Source: Octopus bimaculoides
Taxonomy: Eukaryota
Length of the DNA: 53,150 nt
Reading direction: 5' to 3'
Assembly (NCBI RefSeq): GCF_001194135.2
Contig: NC_068983.1
Span: 61,761,223-61,814,372, forward strand
Below the pieces are notes generated by a model that saw nothing but the letters and a program-made list of their open reading frames with translations, did no database searches and was not told where the DNA came from. A program made the translations under genes and the position numbers. Shown piece by piece: positions 24,006 to 36,819 of this stretch (position 1 is the first letter of the stretch; the number at the start of each line of letters is the position of its first letter).

Positions 24006-24490
24006 TGCATTTACGTACTTGTGTATTTGTGTGTTTGTGAGTATGCGTGCTTACATACATGTATTTTCCTATACTTGCATACGCTTCCACTCTCAAATTA
24101 TATTTCTCTTCATCACTCTAAATCAGGTTACTTTCCAGCAAAGAACTCATTTGTCTCACCCAGTTTTTCCTAAAAATTGTTGACCGGATCAATAATGTTA
24201 CGCACCTCCCTCAAACATTGAGATGTACATACTCAGACACACACAAACACACGCGCGCGCGCATACTCACATACATGTATGTAATGCACATAGATTGTAA
24301 GTATTGGTGTATGTATTCACGTTTAAATTTAGAACCAAAAGTAGAAATACCCAGTACGGAACAATTGTATAAATACTTGATGTAGTGGTGAGGTTAATAT
24401 CTGTCGTTTGCCGACAATCGCTGATCAGAAAAACTTTGGGTACTAACAGAAAATATTATCAACATTATGTGTGGGTGTGTGTGTGTGTGT

Positions 24491-24683
24491 GAAGGCGCAT
24501 GGCTTACTGTTCTTGAGCAAAACACCTCATATTCACGTTGTTCCGCGATCATTTCGACATCTGACATGTGGCACCCGTTGCACCTGTCGATCTGATGGAC
24601 GGAGTGAGCTCATGTCTACACACAAACAAATCATCTACTTGTGTAGTTGCTCGGGAAGAAATTGTCGAACGGGAGAGTCCATC
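24491..24683 (+). mobile_element. SINE family C-related copy with deleted head
   Basis: gaaggcgcatggctta joined to tgttcttgagcaaaacac...ttcacgttg; the 3' part differs from the other family C copies. Confidence 0.5.
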
Positions 24684-24719
<36 letters not shown>

Positions 24720-24750
24720 CAGTGTGTGTCTGTATATATATATATATATA

Positions 24751-25185
24751 GGTGCAGGAGTGGCTGTGTGGTAAGTAGCTTGCTTACCAAACACATGGTT
24801 CCGGGTTCAGTCCCACTGTGCGGCACCTTGGGCAAGGGTCTTCTATTNNNNNNNNNNNNNNNNNNNNNNNNNNNNNNNNNNNNNNNNNNNNNNNNNNNNN
24901 NNNNNNNNNNNNNNNNNNNNNNNNNNNNNNNNNNNNNNNNNNNNNNNNNNNNNNNNNNNNNNNNNNNNNNNNNNNNNNNNNNNNNNNNNNNNNNNNNNNN
25001 NNNNNNNNNNNNNNNNNNNNNNNNNNNNNNNNNNNNNNNNNNNNNNNNNNNNNNNNNNNNNNNNNNNNNNNNNNNNNNNNNNNNNNNNNNNNNNNNNNNN
25101 NNNNNNNNNNNNNNNNNNNNNNNNNNNNNNNNNNNNNNNNNNNNNNNNNNNNNNNNNNNNNNNNNNNNNNNNNNNNNNNNNNNNN

Positions 25186-25231
<46 letters not shown>

Positions 25232-25431
25232 ATTTGTTTGTGTTTCTGTGTTTCTCCTCAGAACATCGCTTGACAACCAATTATGGTGTGTTTACGTCTC
25301 CGTCACATAGCGTTTCGGCAAGACAGACCAATAGAATAAGTACTAGGCGTACAAAGAATAAGTCCTGGGGTCGATTTGCCCGACTGAAGGCGATACTCCA
25401 GCATGGCCACATTCAAATGACTGAAACAAAT
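24751..25431 (+). mobile_element. SINE family B, full length across a gap
   Basis: Head ggtgcaggagtggctgtgtggtaagtagc before N 24848-25185; (GT)n and a complete tail after it. Confidence 0.9.
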
Positions 25432-27330
25432 TACATAATAAAATTATATATATATATATGCAAACGTTGATATCGAATAGTGTGAATGAGTGCTGAACAC
25501 TGCATTCGTGGATAATTTTTTTCGTTTGTTTTTCGTGGGTTAACAAAGCCACAATTCGTTTCATGTCGAGAGAAATCTCTCAACAATTATTAAGCCTGGT
25601 CCATAGAAACGTTGGTGAGCGTCTCCATATTGGATATGTCTATTATTAGGCGTGTATAAGCTAATTTATTTGTCATCGTTTAGAATGACTTGTTGCATCT
25701 CTTGTTGCTCTCTGTGCTCTAAGTTCAGATCTCACCAGCATCTTTTCGAGTGTGAATTAATAAGAAACTATAATGATGCATGCATCTTCAACTATTAAGC
25801 ATTTATTAAACCATAAGACGGAGATGCCTTTCGATATGTATTTAGGCTCCTTGCGTTCTGAGATCACTTCTCCACCATTACCGAAGCCTCATGAAATGAA
25901 TCGTTGACATTGAGTCAATTGCAAAAAGCAAGAAAGTGACTTTTTATGCAATGTCAACGGAATCAGAAGTGGTGAGCTTTCAGAATGCTGTGTCCATCCG
26001 GATATTTTCAAGTGAATATTTCTTTTGGCCACTCTTTTCTTATACGTATGCATGTATACAACACTGACGGGTTTATATACACGCACACACACACACACAC
26101 ACACACANNNNNNNNNNNNNNNNNNNNNNNNNNNNNNNNNNNNNNNNNNNNNNNNNNNNNNNNNNNNNNNNNNNNNNNNNNNNNNNNNNNNNNNNNNNNN
26201 NNNNNNNNNNNNNNNNNNNNNNNNNNNNNNNNNNNNNNNNNNNNNNNNNNNNNNNNNNNNNNNNNNNNNNNNNNNNNNNNNNNNNNNNNNNNNNNNNNNN
26301 NNNNNNNNNNNNNNNNNNNNNNNNNNNNNNNNNNNNNNNNNNNNNNNNNNNNNNNNNNNNNNNNNNNNNNNNNNNNNNNNNNNNNNNNNNNNNNNNNNNN
26401 NNNNNNNNNNNNNNNNNNNNNNNNNNNNNNNNNNNNNNNNNNNNNATATATATGTATGTATGTATGTTTCATACATACTTATATAGACATATATGTATAT
26501 ATATATAAGTATGCATGTGTGTGCGTCTGTGTCTGTGTGTGTCTGTGTACGTATGTACATATCCATAAGCATATACAAAATTTATGCATAAAATGTTTGA
26601 TACAATTTTATACATGTACCAGACATACACAAAGACACACATATGCACACTCGTACACATAGATATCCAGAAAAATAAAGATAGATACAATGATAGAAAG
26701 AGATGGAGGCAGTGAGAGAAATAGAATAACTTGATAGATACATATAAGTAAATATAATGAATATTTTTCTCACTAATACATCTTCTCCAATAATACATCC
26801 TCTCAAACAATACACACAACGGCATAAATCCTAGCGCGAGACGCACACGCGCATGCACACGCACGCACACACACACAAACACACACAAACACCCACACGC
26901 ACTGACACAGATTTTCACGAACATGCATACACTCATGCGGTCACACACATTGAAATGCATACATTCTTGCGCATACCGAAACGCACGCATACGTATACAA
27001 ATGCACTTTACCAGAAAATAAGCCATTTGCTATGTACATATAGAATTCAGTTAGAACCACTTAGTAGCTATCAAATCATTCTTTTCTCAAAGTCTGCTTA
27101 TGATGAAAACAACCAATTCTGAAATATGAATTATTATATTGGATGTTAGTTATTCTTAAAGTCGCTAAAATTACTTTTAAGTACGAATTGAAAAATAAAT
27201 CTTTTTTAGAACACAGAAATTCGACCTTGATAAACCTATAAATAATTATGTGCAAATATTCAGTTGAAAAAAATAAGTCGAAAGTTTTTTAACTCAATAT
27301 TTCAAAAACATTTTTGGGGTGGATCAAAGG

Positions 27331-27546
27331 TCCTTTCCGAGCCGTAGACTCATAAGGCCTGGACTCTGTAGCTTATATAATCCAGCATCCCTGAACAGTA
27401 CGCCGCTCTGTAGCGGGATTACTAATTCTTGCTAGCTGAGTGTACTGGAGCAACGGGAAGAATACAACGCAACGTCCAGTTCAGGAATCAAAACAACAAT
27501 TTTAAGATCATGAGTCAAACACCCTATCCACTAAGCCACGCGTCTT
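27331..27546 (-). mobile_element. SINE family C
   Basis: Reverse complement aagacgcgtggcttagtggatagggtg (A-box-like)...cgttgctccagtacactcagctagcaa...ggccttatgagtc...ggctcggaaa. Confidence 0.75.
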
Positions 27547-29049
27547 ACACACGCGTGCACGCTCATACACACACGCACGCACACACGCACACGCGCGTGC
27601 GTATATATTTGTATATATATTGTCAATTTAGCAACATTGTTACCAATACCTTGAGCATATCTATACAAATATCATAGCATATCGAATATATTTGATAGTT
27701 TGAAAGCATTTATTTCATTATTCACAAGAGAGTTTTTATAAAACGCTTTCAATTGGAATGCATTTGCTTTCGTGCTGGAAATACCTTTACTGGGAAAAAA
27801 ACTGTTGAAAATGGAGTTGTTATTGAGATATCTTGCCAAACTTACATCCTCTCGGAAGCAATCTTGACTGCAGACCTGTTCGTCTGGATCACTTAGCCAA
27901 TTGGCACGAATGGCTCACAACGTCAGAAAATGCTTATGTATTCCTAGTAATCTTTGAATATTTGCCACACTATTCTTTCATTCCATGATTTCTTTTCTCC
28001 TCTGTAATTCTCAATTTCTCCACCACTCGTTTTCTCTGTATATATCTAATATACTGTATAACTGACTACTATGAGATATACTTTTTTGCTTTTTATATTT
28101 TTTTACCATTTATTTATAAATAACTGCAACTTATTCAGCGTCCAATCTTATGAGTTTGTGAAGACAACTTTATACTATTTTAATTTGCACACTATTCGAG
28201 CGCATATTTACTTTCCTTCTTTTCCATTTCCTGTTATCCTCTTAGTCTTCAGTTCTTAATCTTTTTATAAAGGTTTCTGAACTTTTTCGTTGTTATTTCC
28301 AATACTGTTAGTCTATCTTTCTCTAGAAATAAGAAAATATTCTATGTAGGAATAGAACGAGATAAAGTATTTAATCAATGCATTTAATACAATCAAAACA
28401 ACATCATGCCAAACAAACAAAATTATACAAGATCTATTGATCGATATGACTAGAGTTAATACAGGGCTCTTCAAATACATATTTGGAAAGGATTCAATCA
28501 ACAATCTATGCAAAGTGGTGGAAATTCTGCCAGGGAATAACTATAATTCCTTTAGATCTACAGACGTGTACATCTTTGAGTTCTTTAGAACAAATTTGAC
28601 CTCAAAATAAAAATCAAATGAACTTAATGAGATACGAAATGAAAAGAACTTGGTGAAACTTGCAAATTGAAAAAGTAATATCGATCAATGTAATATTGAT
28701 TATTATTTATAATACTGGCAAGCACGTATTACATTTTAATAAAACCAACTACTACCAGGGATCAGAATATCTGATAAGCTGTTAAGATGTAAATAGTTGC
28801 TACACCGTCGCTGATTACTGATGTAGTAATAAACTTCTTTTCGTGATATTCAAAGATTAATATGTAAGATATCAACTATGGCATTCTAATCTTTAAATAC
28901 TGCAGAAGAAACAAACTCCATCTTTATACTATTATATGATTATTATATCTAAGTAAGTTAAACCAATGCAGATTCCAACGAACTGTCTAAAAACATGAAA
29001 GACATATTGTCATCGGATTTGAATTCATTCAGCGAAAGCTGGAGTCAAT

Positions 29050-30200
29050 GTCTCAAGTCATTCTAACTCAAACATTCCACCAGCTGCACCAAAACTATAT
29101 CTTCAAAAAGATGATCGACTTGAACAGTTTTTATCGTATATCTAATTAATCAGGGTTGAGCTGAGCAAAATGAACAATAAGAGCGGCCTAAATGATCTAT
29201 TCTACTCAACAGCAGGTTAATATCGAGGGAAAACAAGTTTGGTCTTATTAGAGTGTATAACTGCATTTTACGAATTGGTCTTAACATATACTACATATAA
29301 CTGGAGGGCAAGGAATCACTAACTATTATTAGCAACATGATAAAGAAGGAGAATATGAAAAAGATAAAAAGGATCGAAATAATTATATATATAGCATCAA
29401 TATACAAAGGATATACTTTAAAATCAAGGGAAAGACTTAAGCAGACATTGTTCGCAAAAGTATGCAGAATAAGACTTAGAAATATATAAGCTTCAATGAA
29501 AAGTTAATTGAATTGAATTTTAAACGGAGCGTCAAAAAAAGTCATGAATCATAGAACAAACTGCATGAACGGAATTCAAGCCAACTGGAACGAAATCTGG
29601 ATCAAAAATTTTCAGCAAAATGAATAAACAATTAAACAATGACAATGAGTGAGAAAGAATATGAAAATATTAAAACGACACAAGCAACGCCCTCTGGAGC
29701 CGGCAAGGGCGTGTACCGATACTTTAAAAACTGCAAACGACGTGAATACCCTTGCGATTAACTAAATGAAGTTCTTGACCAGTACTCATGAGTCTGTAAT
29801 AGAAGCATTCAACTAACTGATAATTCCACCTGAATAAATGTTTAAATGGTTAATAGACGAGAAACAATCAATTCCGCAAAAGAAAAATAACTGCAGACAT
29901 TCACAAAACTATAAGACAATATTTTCTTTTTTTTTTTTTGCCAACAATTTACAAAGCTATCCATGCACAACAGTCTGACTATTCTGCTAGAGAACTATAA
30001 TACCTTACTGTAAGAACAGAAAGGTGTCGGAGAGAGTTACAAATGTGTATGGGGCAGCTATTGATAAATCCGACTTTTATAGAAAACAAAAGTTTCACAG
30101 AAAATAAATTTTAATATGGTATGAATTAATTACCAAAAAGCGTTTGATAACATTTCACATTCTTCAAACTAGAGACACTTTGTATCAATAAAGTAGCACA
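29050..30200 (+). mobile_element. Ancient, highly degenerate R4/Dong LINE RT fragment
   Basis: LKQTLFAKVCRIR (about 29436), EQKG (about 30015), a QLLIN-like segment, and NMV*INYQKAFDNISHS (about 30113-30163), collinear with the younger copy at 36820. Confidence 0.65.
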
Positions 30201-30479
30201 AGGGTCAAGAGTTCCCCCATTTTCTGTCCACGAGCATGCAGTGGACGCATTGTTTTCAATCGACGTAACACATTATTGGCTACAAAAATATCAGTATATA
30301 TGTTCTCTTTTATTTTAAAGCAATAAAGTGTTCCGTCTAGAAGTTCTATGGAAGGTTTCTAATGTATTTGAACTCATTATCTATGGAAAGTAGCTCTAAT
30401 TCTTAATCTAATTCAGCCACCGAGTTTCTATCAACATGATCTACATGTGTTGATGCATTAAATTGCAAAGAAATCACAA

Positions 30480-30740
30480 AAGAGATGAAATTGAAAACTG
30501 AAATTGCAATAAATTCTTTGGATAGAATCTTTTATAGAAGGTGGTCGGAATGCATAAAATAAAAGGAGTTTAGAGAAGTTTGCACGATTGATCGTTGTAA
30601 AGGTTAAACAGTGTACATCTCTATTTTTAACAAACAATTTTTTGTTAAAGAAATCTAAAAGTATTACTAAAATTCCATTTTCATCATCATTTTTTAATTC
30701 AAAATTCACCTTGGGAGTTAAGCTACTTAGTAATTCCAAG
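30480..30740 (-). mobile_element. Possible degenerate Penelope-like RT thumb fragment
   Basis: PKVNFELKNDDENGILVILLD...TFTTINRANFSKLLLFYAFRPPSIKDSI resembles the PLE pattern IKFT.E.E.NG.L.FLD...YRKPT....L.F.S.HP...K.SI. Confidence 0.4.
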
Positions 30741-31044
30741 GGACAATCCCCACTACCACCACCATTACAATTAATGACAACAATAACATCAAAACTAAAG
30801 TCGTCGCTCTCACTGCTGCTACAGTGCTTTCTCTACTAACACTACTGTCAGTGCACCCAAGTCAGCCACTTTTCCAACAAATATATTTTCTTCGTTTATA
30901 AGTATATCCCCAGAGGATAGAAATGTTTTAAAAGTCTACCTCTAGATTTTTCCTACATCCTGACTGTTATCCAGCCGCAGGCATATCTATTAATCAATTA
31001 ATATACGTATCTATCTCTTTATCTATAAATGTGTGCTTTCAGAT

Positions 31045-31046
31045 AC

Positions 31047-31120
<74 letters not shown>
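31045..31120. repeat. (TCTA)n microsatellite
   Basis: Directly visible. Confidence 0.95.
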
Positions 31121-31121
<1 letters not shown>

Positions 31122-31246
31122 CATACATACATGCATATATGGTTAGATGAAATATGAAGGATACATAGATTGATGTGAATGGAGATCGTTAGATACATGC
31201 ATAATTAGATAGCCAGACACACTAAATATATGCATATAATGTTTGG

Positions 31247-31380
<134 letters not shown>

Positions 31381-32765
31381 CCGTCCATCTATGATATATG
31401 TAGTAGTAATCCGACATGTTGACTGCAGATAATTTTCTACTCTTGATTACTGTTACGATCTTCTATAATAAGGTGCCGCTTCACGTTTATTAAAAAAAAA
31501 AAGATACATTGTTTTCATTTCTATATTAAGAGCAAACTTTTAGGGGATGTCATTCATTATAAGAAGAAGAATGTTGACTTGACTAACTTCGACACCATTA
31601 TTGTGTCTGTATGTAGGCATGAATGCAAGTATATGTTTGTAGATTTGTATGTGTGTATGTATGCTAGCACGCGTGTATGATCGGATCTATGTATTTATTT
31701 TCCTGGGCAAAACATTAAATTGCATGGAGTTGTGAGACCTTAGATCTTCTGGAGTTTGGGAGAAAATTGAGCTACACCTTATTCACAACTACTGTCATGT
31801 TCGTTCTATTCCTCTGTGATAGTGCTTGTCAAAGATCCCCAATTATGAGTCAAATGGCAAAGCAAACAGGACACGGAGTAGTCCATATCCCTTGTAATGT
31901 GTCGCAAAACCCCTCAAATTTTAGGACTTGCCTGAATGTCAGGTGAACCATGCTCCTGATTAAGTGTCAAATAAGTACTGTTCATCAAATCTAGCTCACG
32001 AGAGCAGGAGACTAGCAGCGTAAACTCTAAATAAACTGGCAGAAAGCAACGGGAAACCACTATTCTATTTTCCCCAATAATAAAATGGAAATATTTTGAT
32101 AGACTGAGAAGTGAAATTGGCAGTCAAAATGTCACTCAATGAATGAAGATACAGCTCCTCCATCGACTACAGCAGCTGATGCGATATAATCTAATACAAG
32201 AACCATGCACTTATTCTGACCTTTCAGTATGCACTGAAGTTGCAAACTAATATGTTATGTAGTTTTAGCTGAACAAAACTTAGTTGAATGTGAAGTGGAT
32301 TCGATTAGAAGTATCAGCAGCTGCAGTATAAAATTGATAATTGTTGTTCCCCATTGACTTATTCAGCTGCTCTCATGCATGTGAAGAAAACATAAATAGG
32401 TTCCCGTTTGTCTCTTCACTAATTCAATAAGATTCATTCATCATCCATTATAATGTTTCTGTTTCTCTGAACATGTGAACCTAAAGGTCTGGGATTGGAA
32501 ATGGAGAAAGTAATCATTAATTTTCTAGGTTTCGACCGATCTGGTATTTTATGTTTTTACTGAATGTCATTATGGTATACCAGTAGGCCGGAGTAATGTT
32601 ATTTGTCATTTGCACTAGACTTTCACTAAGTTTTATCTATCGCGAGTAACACTTGACGGAATGTGACTAAAACAAATCTCGTGATCAAACGCGATGGTCA
32701 GGTATCAATAAACATCTAGAATGCTGCTCCTGGAACCTAAAACATTCCCTCTACCTGAACATCCC

Positions 32766-32827
<62 letters not shown>

Positions 32828-33142
32828 NNNNNNNNNNNNNNNNNNNNNNNNNNNNNNNNNNNNNNNNNNNNNNNNNNNNNNNNNNNNNNNNNNNNNNNNN
32901 NNNNNNNNNNNNNNNNNNNNNNNNNNNNNNNNNNNNNNNNNNNNNNNNNNNNNNNNNNNNNNNNNNNNNNNNNNNNNNNNNNNNNNNNNNNNNNNNNNNN
33001 NNNNNNNNNNNNNNNNNNNNNNNNNNNNNNNNNTAGTTTTTAGTTTACCGTAACAATATTTTTAAAAAATTTAATTTTGTTTTGTATCTTTTGTTTTGTT
33101 TGTTTCACACATGGGCATACCGGAGAACAGCCGTGAAGAATT

Positions 33143-33327
33143 TTAATTGAACGAATTGACCTCTGTACTCACTTTGTTTTTATAAATCTTGACATTTCTT
33201 CTATCGGTCTTATTTGTTGAACCGCTTATTAACGGGGACGTAAACACATCAACACCGGTTGTCAAGTGGTAGTAGGTAACAATACGAGCACAAACACATA
33301 TATGAACGCACACACACATACACATGA

Positions 33328-33361
<34 letters not shown>

Positions 33362-33438
33362 GGATTTAGTCGACCTGAGACTATAGTTGATGAAATTCAT
33401 CCGTGGTGTCACGAAGTGGTAGTGAATCCGGAAGCATG
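33143..33438 (-). mobile_element. SINE family B, degenerate
   Basis: ttctatcggtct...gaaccgct...ggggacgtaaacacatcaacaccggttgtcaagtgg, then (CA)n, then head remnant gactatagttga...aatccggaagcatg. Confidence 0.75.
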
Positions 33439-33678
33439 CTTTTTAACATCTTCTGGTATTGCTTACTTAATGTTTATATATTTATTGAAAGCAAATCTCC
33501 TTTAAGAAAAATGATGAAGAAATTAAATATTTTGATGTACGCCTAGTAGATGACTTTTATTATCAACTCAGCTGACTATATTCATTTCTACAAAAAACTG
33601 CTACTACTAACAAAATAAAGTCGCTATTATATGGGTGATAATTTTTTGATCCTCGATTGCTTTTCATATAAAATCAAT

Positions 33679-34464
33679 GGATCTTTTTGGTTTGACGGGC
33701 AACATTTTTCATTAATGTTTTATGTAATATTTTTGGTACCGAAACACTTTCAAACTTCGTATACTTGTACATTTTGTATTTTAGAACAGATAGAAAAATT
33801 TGTATTCGAAGTTATTTCATGTAAAAACTTGTCGTATTTCGGTAATTTCAACCAATCACTGACGTCTATTGAGGCGAACACATTTAATGGCGTGGAATGT
33901 AAACAACGGTGTCATGGGATCTTTTCCCTTGAATAAAATTAGTGCCGTTGTTTGTCAACAACAACTACCCGTGTTACTTTTATTTATGACATCGTTCGTG
34001 CGTTTGTACTGGTTTTAGCTTTAGGGTTTTAGGGTTAGGGTTCAGGTTTTAGAGTTAGGGCTATTTTTAGGATTACGGTTAGGGTTATGATTNNNNNNNN
34101 NNNNNNNNNNNNNNNNNNNNNNNNNNNNNNNNNNNNNNNNNNNNNNNNNNNNNNNNNNNNNNNNNNNNNNNNNNNNNNNNNNNNNNNNNNNNNNNNNNNN
34201 NNNNNNNNNNNNNNNNNNNNNNNNNNNNNNNNNNNNNNNNNNNNNNNNNNNNNNNNNNNNNNNNNATTCAGCTGAATAGACGTCAGTGATTGGTTGAAAT
34301 TACAGAAATACGACAACTTTAACATGAAATAACTTATTAAGAACTAATTTTTGTTAAGAAGGCTAAGAGAAAAAGATGTTTTATATGACATATTCTACCA
34401 GTATCCCAAGTTTGAAAGTGTTTCGTTAAGAAAACAAGTGTTGTCCGTCAAACCAAAAAGATCC
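33679..34464. mobile_element. Fold-back / inverted-repeat element with ~190-bp arms around TTAGGG-like repeats and a gap
   Basis: 33809-33870 versus the reverse complement of 34275-34335 differ at about 4 positions. Outer anchors ggatctttttggtttgacgg and cgaaacactttcaaactt are also inverted. Confidence 0.75.
34011..34092 (+). repeat. Degenerate interstitial telomere-like (TTAGGG)n
   Basis: Five exact TTAGGG (34021, 34029, 34035, 34055, 34079) among variant units, running into N 34093-34265. Confidence 0.8.
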
Positions 34465-35044
34465 AAATCAATAACTCTGCTAAAATCCTGGGGAAATACA
34501 TGAACATCGCAAATTCCAGCTTTTACCAAACCTAAAAGAATGGTATCCATCCTAAATGACAATAAGTATATTAGACTGAACGATAGAAAGCGTGTTTTAT
34601 GTCATATCTTTAATTCTGATATTTGATGTCGATTCACTTGCGATTCAAACGCCTTAAGATATTAGGTTACTAATATTTTCTAATCTCATTTCTATCGCCA
34701 ATAAATCTGTTGCCTTGTCCCTCAGTGAGAGGCCAGGACTATTTGATTCAAGAAAAGCAAAACCCAATTAAGGAGGAATTAAACCGATATTAAGTCGCAG
34801 TGTATGGATAAAATGACGCAAGAGTACATGTTTAATATGTACTGAATTCGAGAAAATAAATATTGATTGCTGAAGAAGAAACTGAAGACTTCGTACCAGA
34901 TAATACTATAAAAGAAATAGTGAGGTTTCAAACAATATACTTTACTGATGCACCACTTGTTTGGTTATAACTTCCACACTAATCTATAACCGATTTCAGT
35001 ACATATCAACATTTCATCATGTCTATATGTATGTATGCATGCAG

Positions 35045-35098
35045 GTATGTATGTATGTATGTATGTATGTATGTATGTATGTATGTATGTATGTATGT
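35045..35098. repeat. (TATG)n microsatellite
   Basis: Directly visible. Confidence 0.95.
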
Positions 35099-36064
35099 AC
35101 TACGACTGTCTCTGTGTGCGTATGGTATGTGTGTATGTGTGTATGAGTGTGCGTGTGTGAATTCAATTTAATATTTCAAGTTCTATTATTTCTAGATTTT
35201 TTGTTACTAGTAAATTCAACCTGCCACACGAATTTATCACATTATTCATTTGTGTAATATCTTTTTTCTCATTTTTATTCTTCACACATTTGCTTCCATT
35301 GTCATTTTCACTTGACTCGTTGTTCTATTGTATTTTTGCAATTAATTTTATGTTCTTTGATTTCATTTCGTTTCCGTTACAACACATTTAATTGGTTGAT
35401 AAGTTGAAAGGAAATGCTTCTTCCTAAAAAAAAAAAAACACATCAATTCAGAGAACTAAAGTATAATTTTATCAAGTATCATATATCTCTGACGTTACTA
35501 TATATTTGAACATCTTCACATTTAAATATCCATTATATAATATTGATTTAAACCAAACGTTAGACATTTGATTTACACCGAAAGCGTGAGATTTCTATAT
35601 GATCGTTTTTCTGCAACTATAAATTGTTGTTTAGTCCTTTCAGTGTCTTTATTCTCTTTCGTTGTTGTGTTTATGAGGCTGTATAGTCTATGTAACATAA
35701 AATATAAGCATTATGTATCCAGCTGCACATCGGGGCTACAAAATTGAAGCAGTATTTATATCTGTATAAAATGTTATTTACTTACGACACAACACATATA
35801 GTATTTCACTTTACCTATGTTTTTTATTCCGAGGAGGAAAGGAAGCGACCTAATGCTATGTTGCCAGGGTATGTATTTTGTATAATGCCTCAGAAAATAA
35901 TGGATATTATTGCAGCTTATAGTATATCCCACTTGAGAAGATTGAGAATGGGGAGTGTCATTTTATCCTTTACATTTTCTTTCTTTTCTTTTTATAAATG
36001 CACAAGACCTTGTGTTTACGGTGTTGCACTCATAAAGTTATAGTTTCAATTACCCAACTGTGAC

Positions 36065-36130
36065 ATTGTGCTATTAAGCAAAACATTTAATTTCACGTTG
36101 CTCCAGTTCACTCATCAGCAATAAATGGAA
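36065..36130 (+). mobile_element. SINE family C core fragment
   Basis: ttaagcaaaacatttaatttcacgttgctccagttcactca. Confidence 0.5.
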
Positions 36131-36819
36131 AGTTAACTCACAACAGGTTAAGGTGGGAGTGTTGAACTCTTAAACATTTATGCCCGATGGAAACCGGATT
36201 AATTTATGACATTATGAATCGTTGAGTTCATTACAGATTTCAGTCAAAGCCTACTTCTATTCTTTCATTTTCGATGGGTTTTTCATATATTAATAACAAA
36301 ACATTAAAAGAAGCTATCTAAATAACTCAAGAATAGCATAAATATAAGCCGTATGCAATAAGACTTTCAATCAAATGAACCCACCCTCTTAAACATAATC
36401 CTAAGTCTAAGTTTTAATGACTTTCAAAGAAAAACAAGAATAATTTCAAGATATTAAGAATGATTTTCAAAAATTTCATTTACATGCTAAAGGAAAATTA
36501 CCTTAGCCCGTTTTATTTTTTAAGACTACAAATAGTGTTAGCGAGTAATAAAAAATTTAGTTTAATTTATTTTGAGAAAGAAGAGCGATTCCAATGGTCT
36601 TTTGAGACCCGTAAAAATAATTTATTCAAATTAATGTAACTTTTATTCGGTTAACAATTAAGGAGAAGTTAAGTCACGGAGGCAGGACATCTGTTGAAGA
36701 ATAATTGAGTAAGATACCTTTGAATAACAAGAAGGAAATTCAAGTGCTTGGCTTAACACATTTTTATGTCATATACTGTAAGATCAACAATTATGAAAAC
36801 TTGAAACAATAGAAATTGA

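Noticed and set aside
25903-25960. 11-bp inverted repeat cgttgacattg/caatgtcaacg
   Set aside because: Short, with no target duplication or second copy; plausible by chance.
31823-31941. Open frame between a possible acceptor and agGTGAAC
   Set aside because: Weak splice sites and an unrecognisable peptide.
34011-34092. True telomere
   Set aside because: Short, degenerate and internal, with unique sequence continuing on both sides.
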